A stretch of DNA of 64,000 bases, from the NCBI GenBank assembly GCA_963721455.1, contig CAVRJG010000054.1:160001-224000 (forward strand), given 5' to 3'. Shown one piece after another: positions 30,789-42,114 of this stretch (the stretch's first letter is position 1; each line of letters begins with the position of its first letter). Below the pieces are notes generated by a model. It did no database searches and was not told where the DNA came from. It worked only from the letters and a program-made list of their open reading frames with translations. This stretch comes from an uncultured Methanosarcinaceae archaeon (GTDB lineage: Archaea; Halobacteriota; Methanosarcinia; Methanosarcinales; Methanosarcinaceae). The position numbers were made by a program, and so were the translations under genes.

Positions 30789-31178
30789 TCAGAAATTAAT
30801 GATTAGCTGGTTTTCTTCGGTATATCTAAGAAAAAGTTCGGCCACATCTTTTGAACAGATAAAATCGATTCCCGGAATCAGTTCTTCTTTCTTAAGCCCG
30901 ATCATATCCGAGGCAAGCTGGCAGCACCGGAACTCTACTCCCATCTCTATGCATTCCTGAACAGCTGCATTATACTTGGGTGATCCTCTTATTTTATCTT
31001 TCTTTGCAAGCAACACTCCCATAGGTCCCCATAGAATAACCAGCACGTTGAGTCCCTTACTCCGGTAATACTTCGCAAACTTGATAGTTTCCTGCGGGCT
31101 GGTGCTTTCGTACACCATATTTTTGAGCAGTAGTAGTACCTTTTCGACTTTTGTCATAAGAACTCCATGTCTAAACAA
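30789..31178 (-). CDS. DsrE/DsrF-like family protein
   Basis: Small alpha/beta protein with 'GV...K' and 'GVEFRCCQLA...GL....LIPGI'; start may be the ATG 7 codons in. Confidence 0.7.
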   Translation of the reverse strand: MFRHGVLMTKVEKVLLLLKNMVYESTSPQETIKFAKYYRSKGLNVLVILWGPMGVLLAKKDKIRGSPKYNAAVQECIEMGVEFRCCQLASDMIGLKKEELIPGIDFICSKDVAELFLRYTEENQLIINF

Positions 31179-31806
31179 TACATTTCTGAAACAGATTACC
31201 TGGATGTATATAAAGTTTCACATTGGAAATGAGAGTATACATTTTTTCACTTTATTTAAATAATTTTGTTCCTCAGTCCGGAAACCAGCAAAATCCGGAT
31301 AATTACACCTGATTAGCTAACTCTATTGCAGTGTAAAGGCATGTAGTCACGTCATGACTCCCCGGATGGCCTGAGCTTTTTGAACTCAAAAATTTTTTAA
31401 AGTTGAAAGATTATTCTAAATCCTGAGTTTTCAAAACTCCGGCTTTGCAGAAATCTTCAATCTGAGCTAAAATGATTTATAACTTTTTAATTATGTTGTA
31501 AACTAAGAGTTTTATTTTTATTACTTATTATATCTGTGCAGCAGTAAGAAGAACTGCTTCATAAATAAACACGAAATCGGAGATAACTGCAAGAACATCT
31601 AGCTGACGAATATGGCAGTTTACAAACTCACTAAAAATAAAATTGCAGTTGATAATGAGAAAATTGATTTCACAGTTGGCGTGCGGGGTTAAAGTTGGGA
31701 TCCGGATTTAAAGAAATAAGTACTCAAGATGTCCTTAAAAAGCTGGAAAAAATAGACAGTATTTGAATCATAGCTTATATTTTTATGAAAAAAGGTAAGC
31801 ATGAGC

Positions 31807-34416
31807 TTACCTTACAATCACAACAACCGCACCTCTGACTTCAATCACGTCTACTTCCCTGCCGCCTGAGATTACTTCTTTTCTTATCTCAACGGCTTCG
31901 GACTCGATCTCGATCTGTTCGCCGTTTACAGTAACGGTTATTTTTCCCGAAGCTACCTGGGCTTCAACAGCAGCAGGGCCTTCTGCCTTGAGAGCTTTTA
32001 CAACAGCGCCTGCATCTTTCCTGAAGCGGGGTCCGAGAATGCCCATATTTGGTTTAACTTCCACGGGCACATATTCAAAGGAAGGAGCACCTTTCATCAA
32101 CTCAACTTCCGAGTTCGTGGCGCCTGCTACATCCCCTGTATCGATATCTGCACTGTAGATCTCGATCTTTTTCAGGGGAGCATTAAGGGCCATTCCCAGG
32201 TCAGACTTGTACCTGCGGACTTCACCTGTGATGTCCTTGATCAGTTCCCCTGCGGCTTCGGCTTCTTCGCTTATGAAGCTTTCATCGACTGCCGGCCAGG
32301 CCTGTGTATGGACGCTTTCATCGCTAAACCTGGAATACGCCTCTTCCGCAAAGAAAGGTGTGAAAGGAGCAAGCAGAAGCGAGAGAGTTTTTATTGTTCT
32401 GTAGAGAACATACTGGGCTGCTCTCCTGCCTTCAGGCTCATCACCGTAAAGCCTGCCTTTTACAAGTTCCAGATAGTTATCAGCAAGGATTTCCCAGGCG
32501 AAACCTCTTATGGCCTTGAAAGTCGAATCAAACTGGTACCTGTCAAGATCTTTCGTGGCAGTGTCCACAAGCCTGTTAAGCTTGCTCAGGAGCCACCTGT
32601 CAATTGTAAGGAGAGAATCAGTCGGGAATTTTTCAACATCTTCAGGCTCGAAGCCCTTCAGGTGAGACATTGAGAAGCGGTAGATGCTCCACATCTTCTG
32701 GAGGAAACGAGAAGCTGAAACTACATCCTTCCAGCGGAACATTACGTCCGAACCTGTGGAGCCGCCAACTGCACCCCACTGCCTGAAAGCATCAGCACTG
32801 TGCTGTATGGTTACTTCTTCGGGGGAAATAACGTTTCCAAGGGACTTGCTCATCTTATGCCCGTCAGGCCCGAGCACCATGCCGTTGACCATTATAGAAT
32901 CCCAGGGTTTCTTGCCTTCAATGGCCAGGCTCCGCAGGATCGTATAGAAAGACCAGGTTCTGATGATGTCATGGCCCTGGGGACGGATCTGTGCAGGCAG
33001 GCGGAGTTCGTGCTCGCTTTCCCAGCCAGTGACATGCAATGCCGTAATCGAGGAGTCCATCCAGGTGTCCAGCACATCTGTTTCAGGTTCAAAATCAGTT
33101 GAACCGCAGGCACAGGCTTTCTTCGGGGCTGCCTCATTTGGGTCAATCGGAAGCCAGCTCTCTTCTGCGATCATGACTTCCCCGCACTGTTTGCAGTACC
33201 AGATAGGAATAGGGGTTGCAAAGATTCTCTGCCGGGAAATGCACCAGTCCCATTCCATAGTGTTTGTCCAGTTCTGGAGCCTGACTTTCATATACTCAGG
33301 ATACCAGTTAATTTCGTCTGCAGCTTTCAGGATGCCCTGATGGTCGATCTTTACGAACCACTGGGGCCCGGAAAGGGTCTCTATGGGGGTGTCACAGCGC
33401 CAGCATAGCCCGACATTCTGCTCCAGGGGCTTCTGGTCATAAAGGAAACCTGCGGCTTTGAGGTCAGAAATGACAGCTTCTCTGCATTCGGTAATGCTCG
33501 TGCCTTCGTACTTGCCTGCCGCTTCTGTCATCTTGCCCTGTTTATCAATTGCTTTTACAAGGGGCAGCCCGTATTTCATCCACCAGCGTATGTCCTGCTT
33601 GTCCCCGAAAGTACAGATCATCACAGCGCCTGTACCGAATTCAGGCTCAACGGCTTCGTCAGCGATCAGAGTAACTTTTTGCCCGAAGATGGGCACTATA
33701 ATCTCCTTGCCGATATACTGGCTGTAACGCTCATCTTTAGGGTTGACTGCCACTGCGACGCAGGCTGCAATCAGTTCTGGCCTTGTGGTTGCGATATCTA
33801 CCTTGTCGAAGTGGACGAAATTAAGTTTCGTTTCCCCGGCATCATATTCGACTTCTGCAAAAGCAATGGCGGTTTCACAGCGGGGGCACCAGTTGACAGG
33901 ATGGTCCTCGTGATAGATGTACCCATCATTGTACATTCTGACAAAAGACTTCTGTGTTTTTACAAAGTATGAGGGCTCCATGGTAACGAATTCGTTGCTC
34001 CAGTCCACCGAAAAGCCCAGGCGCAGCATTGTTTTGCGCATCTTATCGATATTTCCTGCAGTCAGTTCCCTGCACATTTTCCGAAACTCTGCACGAGAGA
34101 CCTGGTTTTTCGTTATCCCGTGAGTTTCTTCAACCTTGACTTCGGTTGGCAGGCCATGACAGTCCCAGCCCTGGGGGAACATCACATTGTACCCGCGCAT
34201 GCGTTTGTATCGGGCAACAAAGTCAATATAGCACCAGTTAAGCGCATTTCCGATGTGAAAATTGCCTGTAGGGTAAGGGGGTGGGGTGTCGATAATATAT
34301 TGGGGTCGGGTATCTTCTCCCCAATTGAAGTGGTACATGGAGAGGTTCCACTTCTCCATCCACTTTTCCTCAACCTCATTTGCATTATATTCTTTTGGAA
34401 TTTCCGATTCTGTCAT
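31807..34416 (-). CDS. valS: Valyl-tRNA synthetase
   Basis: [44 protein letters not shown] and KMSKS. Confidence 0.97.
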   Translation of the reverse strand: MTESEIPKEYNANEVEEKWMEKWNLSMYHFNWGEDTRPQYIIDTPPPYPTGNFHIGNALNWCYIDFVARYKRMRGYNVMFPQGWDCHGLPTEVKVEETHGITKNQVSRAEFRKMCRELTAGNIDKMRKTMLRLGFSVDWSNEFVTMEPSYFVKTQKSFVRMYNDGYIYHEDHPVNWCPRCETAIAFAEVEYDAGETKLNFVHFDKVDIATTRPELIAACVAVAVNPKDERYSQYIGKEIIVPIFGQKVTLIADEAVEPEFGTGAVMICTFGDKQDIRWWMKYGLPLVKAIDKQGKMTEAAGKYEGTSITECREAVISDLKAAGFLYDQKPLEQNVGLCWRCDTPIETLSGPQWFVKIDHQGILKAADEINWYPEYMKVRLQNWTNTMEWDWCISRQRIFATPIPIWYCKQCGEVMIAEESWLPIDPNEAAPKKACACGSTDFEPETDVLDTWMDSSITALHVTGWESEHELRLPAQIRPQGHDIIRTWSFYTILRSLAIEGKKPWDSIMVNGMVLGPDGHKMSKSLGNVISPEEVTIQHSADAFRQWGAVGGSTGSDVMFRWKDVVSASRFLQKMWSIYRFSMSHLKGFEPEDVEKFPTDSLLTIDRWLLSKLNRLVDTATKDLDRYQFDSTFKAIRGFAWEILADNYLELVKGRLYGDEPEGRRAAQYVLYRTIKTLSLLLAPFTPFFAEEAYSRFSDESVHTQAWPAVDESFISEEAEAAGELIKDITGEVRRYKSDLGMALNAPLKKIEIYSADIDTGDVAGATNSEVELMKGAPSFEYVPVEVKPNMGILGPRFRKDAGAVVKALKAEGPAAVEAQVASGKITVTVNGEQIEIESEAVEIRKEVISGGREVDVIEVRGAVVVIVR

Positions 34417-34830
34417 AAAGACACTCCATGATTGGAAAATAGTATAAGAATTTCTTGGGGTTTTAGAGTGCTTGCGATTATTTAAATATATCTGGTTTTG
34501 AATGAAGTGGAAATCTCTTACCGTTCAATGACTATCCAATGTCTATCAGGAATATACATCTGGCTTTCATTGATTGCACTTTTATCCGCAGAACCGACTT
34601 GAAGGAATAAGAATTTTATAATCAGTTTAATGATGATCTCATGTTGTCAGAAGATGCATGTTGTCAGAAGAGAACAATTATTAAGAAAAATGTGGAGAAG
34701 TATTGAGAGGAATAGACATACTCTCAGTCTAAGAGAACGGTATAAAAGTGAAGTTCAACTTAGATTCAGCCTGGAAAAAATTGATTTCTTACTTTTTACT
34801 GCCTGATAGCTACCCTTTTCTCTCCCCTTT

Positions 34831-35484
34831 TCATGAATACTTCCATGCCTCGCGGATGTGCATTGCATTCATTCCCAGGCTCTGGGGCGGGTAAATATCG
34901 TTCTCGGGCGTATCGCCGATAGAGAGCACTTCCCAGGGTTCAAGCCCAAGCCGGTCAAGAGCCAGCTTGAAGAGACGAGTATCAGGTTTCTTGATACAGT
35001 GGTCCGAAGACATAATCGTGAAATTAAAGCGGTCATACAGGCCCAGGAAGAGCAGTTCCTGTTCCGTAAAAACTCTCTGAGCATTGGAGACAATGCACTT
35101 CGGAATATGTCTATATTTTTCAAGCAGGCGCAGACTTTGAGGGTAGGCCTCGAGTTTTCTTAAAGATGCGGTTCTGAATACCTTGGCCGTTTCAATCCCG
35201 AGCCAGTAGGGATCGATTTCTCTAAACGCATTTTCGGCACAGATCTCTGCAAAAATTTCTTCTATACGAATATCCGGGTGCTGCTGGCCTGAATTGCCCA
35301 ACCTGCCTATGACCTTCCACCTGTATGCTTCCCTGAGCCGGTCGGGTTCTATCCTCACTCCCTGGTAAAGCAGCCATTTGCTTACCCTTTCGTTTGTTTC
35401 CTTGCTTCCTTCATCAGTTTTGATATCGATGAGAGTTTTATAACAGTCAAAGATTAAGCCTTTAATTTTTCCGTTTTGGAGCAT
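34831..35484 (-). CDS. HAD-superfamily hydrolase (copy 2)
   Basis: FDCYKTL, VSN, KKPD and SIGD...ND motifs. Confidence 0.88.
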   Translation of the reverse strand: MLQNGKIKGLIFDCYKTLIDIKTDEGSKETNERVSKWLLYQGVRIEPDRLREAYRWKVIGRLGNSGQQHPDIRIEEIFAEICAENAFREIDPYWLGIETAKVFRTASLRKLEAYPQSLRLLEKYRHIPKCIVSNAQRVFTEQELLFLGLYDRFNFTIMSSDHCIKKPDTRLFKLALDRLGLEPWEVLSIGDTPENDIYPPQSLGMNAMHIREAWKYS

Positions 35485-35835
35485 AGGGATCCTCTTTTTA
35501 TTTTTCGAAACCTTTATAAATTTTCGATTTTTTGCTATACTATTCTGCGATTACTATTGAGATTAATCTCTTGATATATAGGTTTTATGCAAATACCTAT
35601 ATTGTTCATAAATATCAGTATATAGTTTCCATTTCTATATAAGATTCTTTTAATATCAGCCAGAGCTGAAAAAAAATCACAAACTTTGATTATTCCAGAA
35701 AAACTACAAAGATTAGGAAAAAATTCTTAAAAAAAGAATACAAATATTCTAAATTTGCTAAAATAAATAACGTAAATATCCTGGATTTGCGTTTATTAAA
35801 AACGAAAAAAGAAGAAATAATCCGTTTTATGGCAA

Positions 35836-36585
35836 TCAATCCGTCAGACCTAACTGTTTCCATGCTTCCTCAATATGCATGGAGCGCATTCCAAGCTTTC
35901 TCGCAGGTATTATCTCGTTTTCGTAAGAATCTCCTATTGACATGACACATTTGGGTTCGAATTCAAGGCCCATTCTTTTGAGCGCAGCCATAAAAAGCCT
36001 GAGGTCAGGTTTCTTGTACCCCACATCCGATGAAAAGATCACGAAATCGAAATAATCATACAGTCCCAGGAACCTGAGTTCCAGTTCGGAAAAGACTCTC
36101 TGCCCGTTGGAGATTATGCACTTGGGCACGTTTATATAATGTTCAATTAATCTTATGCTTTGAGGGAAGAGACGGAGTTTCCGTGTAGATGCTGCCCGAA
36201 AAACCCTTGATGCTTCTACTCCGAGGCTTTCTTCGTCGATAATCCAGATCGAATTTTCCTTGCAGATCTCTGCAAAAATTTCCTCTACCCTGACTTCAGG
36301 ATATATTTCCCCGGAATGCTCCATTATACCCCTTACTTTAAACATGTAAGTGTCCCACAGTCTTTTCGGCTCTATTTTTACCCCCTCATAGGCAAGCCAT
36401 GCGCTTACGACCTCATATGTTTCCAGATTATGTTCCTCAGTGTGGATATCAATAAGGGTCTGGTAACAGTCAAAGATAACTCCTTTTATATGGCAGCTCT
36501 CAAACGCCTCCTCCCCCTTTACGGGAGAATGACTCAGAAATGTGACCTTACCTTTTCCTGTTTCAGGTTCATAATTCTCCGACAT
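35836..36585 (-). CDS. HAD-superfamily hydrolase (copy 1, paralogue of the adjacent gene)
   Basis: FDCYQTL, ISN, KKPD and SIGDSYENE; shares 'EEIFAEIC.EN' and 'VFR.AS.RKL' with the neighbour. Confidence 0.88.
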   Translation of the reverse strand: MSENYEPETGKGKVTFLSHSPVKGEEAFESCHIKGVIFDCYQTLIDIHTEEHNLETYEVVSAWLAYEGVKIEPKRLWDTYMFKVRGIMEHSGEIYPEVRVEEIFAEICKENSIWIIDEESLGVEASRVFRAASTRKLRLFPQSIRLIEHYINVPKCIISNGQRVFSELELRFLGLYDYFDFVIFSSDVGYKKPDLRLFMAALKRMGLEFEPKCVMSIGDSYENEIIPARKLGMRSMHIEEAWKQLGLTD

Positions 36586-36606
36586 GCTCTTGCCTCCAAT
36601 ATCCCC

Positions 36607-36670
36607 TTTACTTGATTACCTTTACTTGATTACCTTTAATTGCTACCTTTAATTGCCTTTTACCTTTAAT
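36607..36670. repeat. Degenerate tandem repeat (TTTACTTGATTACC and variants) between the kinase and HAD genes
   Basis: Seen directly. Confidence 0.7.
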
Positions 36671-37607
36671 TAATTGCTTTTAAGCATTCACTTGCTTCTT
36701 TGATAAGATAATTTCTATAGTTGCTCTGGTGAAGCCTCGCCGAACGGAGAAGTCCTATACTCATGAAAAAAGGCAAAACTCTGGTAACAGAGGTAAAATC
36801 CTTTTCATCCCTGCTGTACTCCCAGAGAAAGTTCCCTATATACGGTTCGGCCTTCCAGCCTCCCCCTTTATGCAATTCGAACTCATTTTTAAGTTCTGCA
36901 CTGAGAATCCCGAGATCTCTTACAGGGTGCGCCTGGAACCAGGAGCTTTCAAAATCGAGTGCATACGGCTTACCTTTGCAAAATATATAATTAGACGGGG
37001 TAACATCCCTGTGAACCATACAACCGTATTCCCTGTCGAGCAAGGGACTGTACCACCATTGTCCAAGCAGCTTATTGAAATTCTCTCTTGTGTCATGATC
37101 CAGTTTCAGATGGTCCAGCACTTCATGATAGTTTCGGAATTCATTTTCCTTATTGTAGGAGGACTTCGTATTGTCGTGGAGCCTTCTGAGCATGTGCGCA
37201 ACTGCAGCAAGCCTCTCGTAGAGTCTTTCTTCATGCTGGAAGTACCAGCTCAGAGATTTACCAGGTATATATTCAGTTACAAGGACACAATTGAACTTCT
37301 TATTGATTGCAAGGGGCTTTGCAACATTTATTACGGAAGCCGCCTTTTTCAGGTTCCGGTACTCATTCATCATGCCTTTGTAGGGATTGTAATCTTTCAG
37401 CCGTCCGGTAGGTTCGGCAAAAAATTTTGCCATTACGCTGAAGTGTTCGCCCTTGAACTGATATCTGCAGACAGTGTGAGAAGAGTTGTATTTAAAAACA
37501 TTAACCGAACATTGCTTATTCTGAAGCCGGTACCCCACGACTTCTTCAACAAGCCAGTCCCTGAAAGGATCCCCTGGGCTTAAAGTATTAACATGGCGAA
37601 ATGCCAC
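36666..37607 (-). CDS. Aminoglycoside phosphotransferase (APH)/choline kinase-like protein
   Basis: AKFF, EY..L, LVTEYIPG, LRRLH, HRDVTPSNY (catalytic loop), DFE and RDLG. Confidence 0.85.
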   Translation of the reverse strand: MAFRHVNTLSPGDPFRDWLVEEVVGYRLQNKQCSVNVFKYNSSHTVCRYQFKGEHFSVMAKFFAEPTGRLKDYNPYKGMMNEYRNLKKAASVINVAKPLAINKKFNCVLVTEYIPGKSLSWYFQHEERLYERLAAVAHMLRRLHDNTKSSYNKENEFRNYHEVLDHLKLDHDTRENFNKLLGQWWYSPLLDREYGCMVHRDVTPSNYIFCKGKPYALDFESSWFQAHPVRDLGILSAELKNEFELHKGGGWKAEPYIGNFLWEYSRDEKDFTSVTRVLPFFMSIGLLRSARLHQSNYRNYLIKEASECLKAIN

Positions 37608-37808
37608 CTCAAATTACCCCCATTTTCCAGAAATACTCCCACAATTGTATATTCTGCTCCGCAGCATATCTTTCATCTTGAGTTAATATTGTAATAAAGT
37701 AACCGCCAATTTTACGTTTTAATTTTACGTTTTGATTCTACAATACTGGCAGCAGTATACTATAGATTGGATATATTATATTGTTATTGGTGTTTAACTG
37801 TAAGGAGC

Positions 37809-38474
37809 TTATCCCCGTATCTCAAATTCAGGCCCGCCGACATCAGCTCTATTGTTGTATCCTCTTTCCTCCCAGTATCCCCTGTAAGGCGAGTCGCGGA
37901 GTTCAATTTTTACAATCCACTTCGCCCATTTGTACCCATATTTGCCTTCGGCTACAAGCTGAAGAGGAAAACCTCTCTCAGGAGGCAGGGTCACATCATT
38001 GAGCCTGTATGCGAGGATGATGTCTTTTTCTAACAGGTAATCTTTATCGAGAGAGGTAGAATACCCATCCGCACTATAAAAAATAACCGTTGTGGCCTTT
38101 TCCATAGCTCCGACTTCTTCAAAAAGGTCAGCCATTTTCACTCCAGTCCATTTTGCAGTAAAGCTCCAGCCTTCCACACAGTTCAGGTCCACGACTTTCG
38201 AAGTCTGAGGTAATCCGGTTATTTCTTCATAAGTAAGGTTTAGAGGGTTTTCCACAAGCCCATTGACCTGCAGCCTGTAGCTATCCCTGTCAATATACTG
38301 AGTCCCCTTAATTGCATTATTTCGCTGTTCCGTAATAGGAGTCAGTGATTTTCCCTGGTAAGAGAGATTTTCAGTCTGGTTGTCATAGGTTCCTGGTCCC
38401 TTCCTTTCTGAAACACAACCTGAATTAATAGCAAAAATAACACAAAAGATCAGAAGTAAAAGGATTAGTTTCAT
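37809..38474 (-). CDS. Molybdopterin-binding oxidoreductase (sulfite oxidase/MsrP-like), predicted lipoprotein
   Basis: L.V.GLVENP, DLNCVEGWS, W.GV, GFPLQLV, YGYKWAKW and GYWEERGY; signal peptide ending SG|C. Confidence 0.85.
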   Translation of the reverse strand: MKLILLLLIFCVIFAINSGCVSERKGPGTYDNQTENLSYQGKSLTPITEQRNNAIKGTQYIDRDSYRLQVNGLVENPLNLTYEEITGLPQTSKVVDLNCVEGWSFTAKWTGVKMADLFEEVGAMEKATTVIFYSADGYSTSLDKDYLLEKDIILAYRLNDVTLPPERGFPLQLVAEGKYGYKWAKWIVKIELRDSPYRGYWEERGYNNRADVGGPEFEIRG

Positions 38475-38584
38475 GTATTTATCCCCCTCAACTCACTTTT
38501 TTTTCATTATCGACTCTTTTTCCCCTTAAAATATTCATTCGGCGTGGATAAAGGGATATTTATAAAAGAAAATCCTGAAGTTAT

Positions 38585-38628
38585 GACCTGGATGAAAACA
38601 GAATCAGACCTGAATGAAAACAGAATCA
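38585..38628. repeat. 22-bp tandem duplication GACCTG(G/A)ATGAAAACAGAATCA
   Basis: Seen directly. Confidence 0.85.
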
Positions 38629-38728
38629 GTAAAGTGAAAAAAACAAACTGATATATAAATAAGAAGATAAATAAAAAAATAAAACTGAAAATCGAGAGGA
38701 CTAAAATTAAACAAAGCCTGAAAAAGTT

Positions 38729-39928
38729 TCAGGCCTCATAATACCCGATTTCTTCTTTCGTAAGGTAACAGGCAGGATCGTCTGCCCAGGCATCTCCGTA
38801 TACGGCTTCGGCTCGCACCCTAAAATTCCCGTTGCAAACGTCTAACCATTTGCATCTGGCACAGCGATCTCCGTGGGCCTTGATAAGGGATTTGCGGTTT
38901 TTGAGCCCTGCCATAAGCTCGTCACTCTCGTCGGTCCAGATTTCACTGAACGGACGTTCCCGTATATTTCCAAAGGAGTGATGTCTCCAGAACTGATCAG
39001 CATGTACCGAGCCGTCCCAGGATACGCATCCTATCCCGATTCCTGAAGAGTTTCCCTGGTTCATGGAGAGGAGTTCGAATACCTCTGCAGCCCTTTCCGG
39101 ATTTTCCTCAAGAAGTTTCATATACAGGTAGGGGCCGTCGCAGTGGTTGTCCACGGTCAGGACTTCTGCAGGGAAACCTTTTTCGTGAAGTCTTCTTGTC
39201 CTCTCGAGTATCAGGTCTACAGCCTGCCTGGATTCCTCGAGGGAGAGATCTTCACTTACCATTTCCGAACCCCTGCCTGCATAAACCAGGTGATAGAAAC
39301 ATATTCTCGGAATTTTATCTTCTTCAAGAAGGTCAAAGATTGCAGGAATATCTTTGACGTTTTGCTTATTGATGGTAAAACGCAAGCCCACCTTTATGCC
39401 TTCTTCCTGGCAATTGTGGAGGCCCCTGAGAGCTGCATCGAATGCTCCCTTCATCCCCCGGAATCTGTCATTTGTCTCCCTTATCCCGTCCAGGGAAACT
39501 CCCACGTAAGAGAGCCCAACGTCCTTTAACTTTTTTGCCATGTCCCGGTCTATGAGCGTCCCGTTTGTAGAAATTACCGCTCTCAGCCCTTTTTCCCGGG
39601 CATAGGCAGCAAGTTCGGGAAGGTCTTTTCTCAGGGTCGGTTCCCCTCCGGAAAAAAGGATTACAGGACTTCCAAAATTTGCAAGGTCATCGATAAGAGC
39701 CTTGCCTTCCCCGGTAGAAAGCTCGTTTTCAAATTCCATATCCTTTGCCTGGGCATAACAATGGACGCATTTCAGGTTGCAGCGGCGGGTCATGTTCCAG
39801 ACTACCACAGGTTTTTTGTCTTTTGAAAACTGCAGCAGGTGAGAGGGAAGCTTCTTTGATTCCCTTCCATAGCGGAGGGCGTCAGAAGGTTCCACGGTTC
39901 CGCAGTAGAGTTTTGAAATACCTATCAT
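38729..39928 (-). CDS. ahbC: Radical SAM Fe-coproporphyrin synthase (12,18-didecarboxysirohaem deacetylase)
   Basis: MIGISKLYCG...LRYGR N-terminus, CNLKCVHC, FYHLVYAGRG, TVDNHCDG and SPASM cysteines; downstream of cobA-hemD. Confidence 0.9.
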   Translation of the reverse strand: MIGISKLYCGTVEPSDALRYGRESKKLPSHLLQFSKDKKPVVVWNMTRRCNLKCVHCYAQAKDMEFENELSTGEGKALIDDLANFGSPVILFSGGEPTLRKDLPELAAYAREKGLRAVISTNGTLIDRDMAKKLKDVGLSYVGVSLDGIRETNDRFRGMKGAFDAALRGLHNCQEEGIKVGLRFTINKQNVKDIPAIFDLLEEDKIPRICFYHLVYAGRGSEMVSEDLSLEESRQAVDLILERTRRLHEKGFPAEVLTVDNHCDGPYLYMKLLEENPERAAEVFELLSMNQGNSSGIGIGCVSWDGSVHADQFWRHHSFGNIRERPFSEIWTDESDELMAGLKNRKSLIKAHGDRCARCKWLDVCNGNFRVRAEAVYGDAWADDPACYLTKEEIGYYEA

Positions 39929-40108
39929 GTCGATCCTTCAAGTTTAAAATTGTTTTTCAAAATCTTAAGTATTGTTTTTTGAACCGATTTTTCAGGGCAG
40001 GCTTTTATTTATCGGTTTTATTGGCCTTTATCGGTTTTTATCGGTTCTTAAAACAAATCCAGTTAAACGCCAGTGATCTCTTCAGGGAAAGTCTTTCAGC
40101 GCAATTCC

Positions 40109-40912
40109 TCAAAGCCGGTTTTTCATGGCTTTTAATAGCGCTTCGAAAGTGAACTCGTCGGGAATTACGTTTGCATTGACTCCATGTTTCTTCAGGGTAT
40201 TTCCTGTCGGAGTTCCTATTGCACCTACAACTGCCCTGTTAAGGGTCTCTTTTATGGTTTCTCCTGCTCCCAGCTGTTCCGCATGTTTCATAAAGCCTTT
40301 AACCATCATTGAACTTGTAAAGGCAAAAGCGTCCACTTCCCCTGCAAGGGTGCGTTCTATCAGCTCTTTTTGAATAGCTCCCTCGGGAATACTGAGAGTA
40401 TACACATGAGTCTCATAAACTGTAGCTCCGCATCTTTCGAGCCCTTCTATCAAGACTTTGGCTCCAAAGGCGCTCCTTGCAAGGTCCACTGTTTTCCCAT
40501 TTACTTCGGGGCAGAGAGCCTCTACAATTCCCTCGGAGCTGTAGTCCCCTGGCAAAAAGGGGTTGTCAATTCCTATTTTTATGAGTTCTTTTTCCGTATT
40601 AGGACCAATTGCGATTACCCTGCTTTTATTCAGCGCTGTGATAAAGTTTTCTTTTTCAGTTTCAGAGAGTTTGTCCAGGGTAAAAGTTATTCCGTTTGCG
40701 CTGGTAAAGACAACGTAGTTAGACGTTCCGGCAAGGACTCTCTGTACGAAGGGCTCAAAACCTTCATCTTTCATGCCCTCAAGCTTTATCATAGGGACAT
40801 ATATTGGTTTAAAACCATAATCCCGGGCAAGTGCCTCCGATTTTTCCCTGTAACTTTCAGGCCTCATAATTGCAAGGACTGGTGTTTTTGCCTTCTTCTG
40901 TTCTCCTGTCAT
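40109..40912 (-). CDS. hemD: Uroporphyrinogen-III synthase
   Basis: MRP, VFTSANG, AIGPNT, FTSS and AIG.PT motifs. Confidence 0.92.
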   Translation of the reverse strand: MTGEQKKAKTPVLAIMRPESYREKSEALARDYGFKPIYVPMIKLEGMKDEGFEPFVQRVLAGTSNYVVFTSANGITFTLDKLSETEKENFITALNKSRVIAIGPNTEKELIKIGIDNPFLPGDYSSEGIVEALCPEVNGKTVDLARSAFGAKVLIEGLERCGATVYETHVYTLSIPEGAIQKELIERTLAGEVDAFAFTSSMMVKGFMKHAEQLGAGETIKETLNRAVVGAIGTPTGNTLKKHGVNANVIPDEFTFEALLKAMKNRL

Positions 40913-40933
40913 ATCCTGATCCCTTCGCGTCCG

Positions 40934-41701
40934 TTAAAATTCAGTCCCTGTGTGCTGCTCCCCAAGGATGTTATGAAGATTGACCACGTCTCCTACGACT
41001 GTGATGGCAGGAGCCTTCACTTTTCGCTCTTCTGCCAGGTTGGCAATGTTTTCAAGGGTTCCTACTGTTACCCGCTGGTCAGGCCGGGTTCCTTTCTCTA
41101 TGACCGCAACCGGGGTTTTTGGATTCTTGCCGTGCTTCATGAGCTCTTCGGTATTTCGCCTGAGCATCTTTACGCCCATAAAGATCACAAGAGTTCCCTC
41201 GAATTTTGCCAGGGTCTCCCAATCAAGTCCGCTCTCCTCCTTTGTGGGGTCCTCGTGTCCGGTTATGAAAGTGACCATAGATGTGCTTTCCCTGTGGGTT
41301 ACCGGAATTCCCGCATAAGCAGGCACTGCAATTGCAGAAGTTATCCCTGGCACGATTTCGAATTCGATGCCTTCTGCTACAAGCACCTCGGCTTCTTCGC
41401 CTCCCCTTCCGAATACATAGGGGTCCCCACCTTTCAGCCGGACCACATTCTTGCCTTCTTTTGCTTTCTGCACAAGCACTTCATTGATTTCGGACTGGGT
41501 CATCGTGTGGTTGCCAGCATATTTCCCAACATCGATTTTTTCCGCATTTTCCGGCATGGATCCCAGGATAGCTTTTCCCGGAAGCTGGTCGAAGACGATG
41601 ACTTCTGCACTGTCTATGAGCCGGCGGGCTTTCAGGGTAAGGAGTTCGGGGTCTCCGGGACCCGAACCCACAAGGTAAACTTTTCCGTAATTTCCTGACA
41701 T
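40934..41701 (-). CDS. cobA: Uroporphyrinogen-III C-methyltransferase (SUMT)
   Basis: GSGPGDPELLT, RLKGGDPYVFGRGGEE and GIPVTHR. Confidence 0.95.
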   Translation of the reverse strand: MSGNYGKVYLVGSGPGDPELLTLKARRLIDSAEVIVFDQLPGKAILGSMPENAEKIDVGKYAGNHTMTQSEINEVLVQKAKEGKNVVRLKGGDPYVFGRGGEEAEVLVAEGIEFEIVPGITSAIAVPAYAGIPVTHRESTSMVTFITGHEDPTKEESGLDWETLAKFEGTLVIFMGVKMLRRNTEELMKHGKNPKTPVAVIEKGTRPDQRVTVGTLENIANLAEERKVKAPAITVVGDVVNLHNILGEQHTGTEF

Positions 41702-42114
41702 GTGAAGAGGTTCCTTTATGATTTTTGGATAGAAATGTGTAATCTGGAGAAGGTTAACGAGTTTTTAGAATATATAATATGCTGAAAATAGAGCCAAAAG
41801 TTGTGCATTTGTGTTTGCACTCTGTAAATCCAAACCCTCTGTATTCTTTTTATTTTTACAATCTGAAAATTTCCAGTCTTTTGGTTTTCATTAGCTGAGA
41901 ATCTGGAAGTTCGTGAGTATATTATCAGGTGCATTTTATCAGGAGCATTTTTCAGAAATCCTGTTTCGAAAGTTATATGGATTTCTTAGATGCAATTATA
42001 TATTTGTATTTTTATTAAATATACTGAAATATATTTGGTATGCATATAATTTGGTATTCATCGGAGCTCCGACATGTGAGCAAGAATTCCAAAATAAATT
42101 GGGAGTGGGAAATA

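Noticed and set aside
36729-37583. 284-aa plus-strand ORF
   Set aside because: Antisense shadow of the APH-like kinase.
40370-41698. 442-aa plus-strand ORF
   Set aside because: Antisense shadow of cobA/hemD with biased composition.
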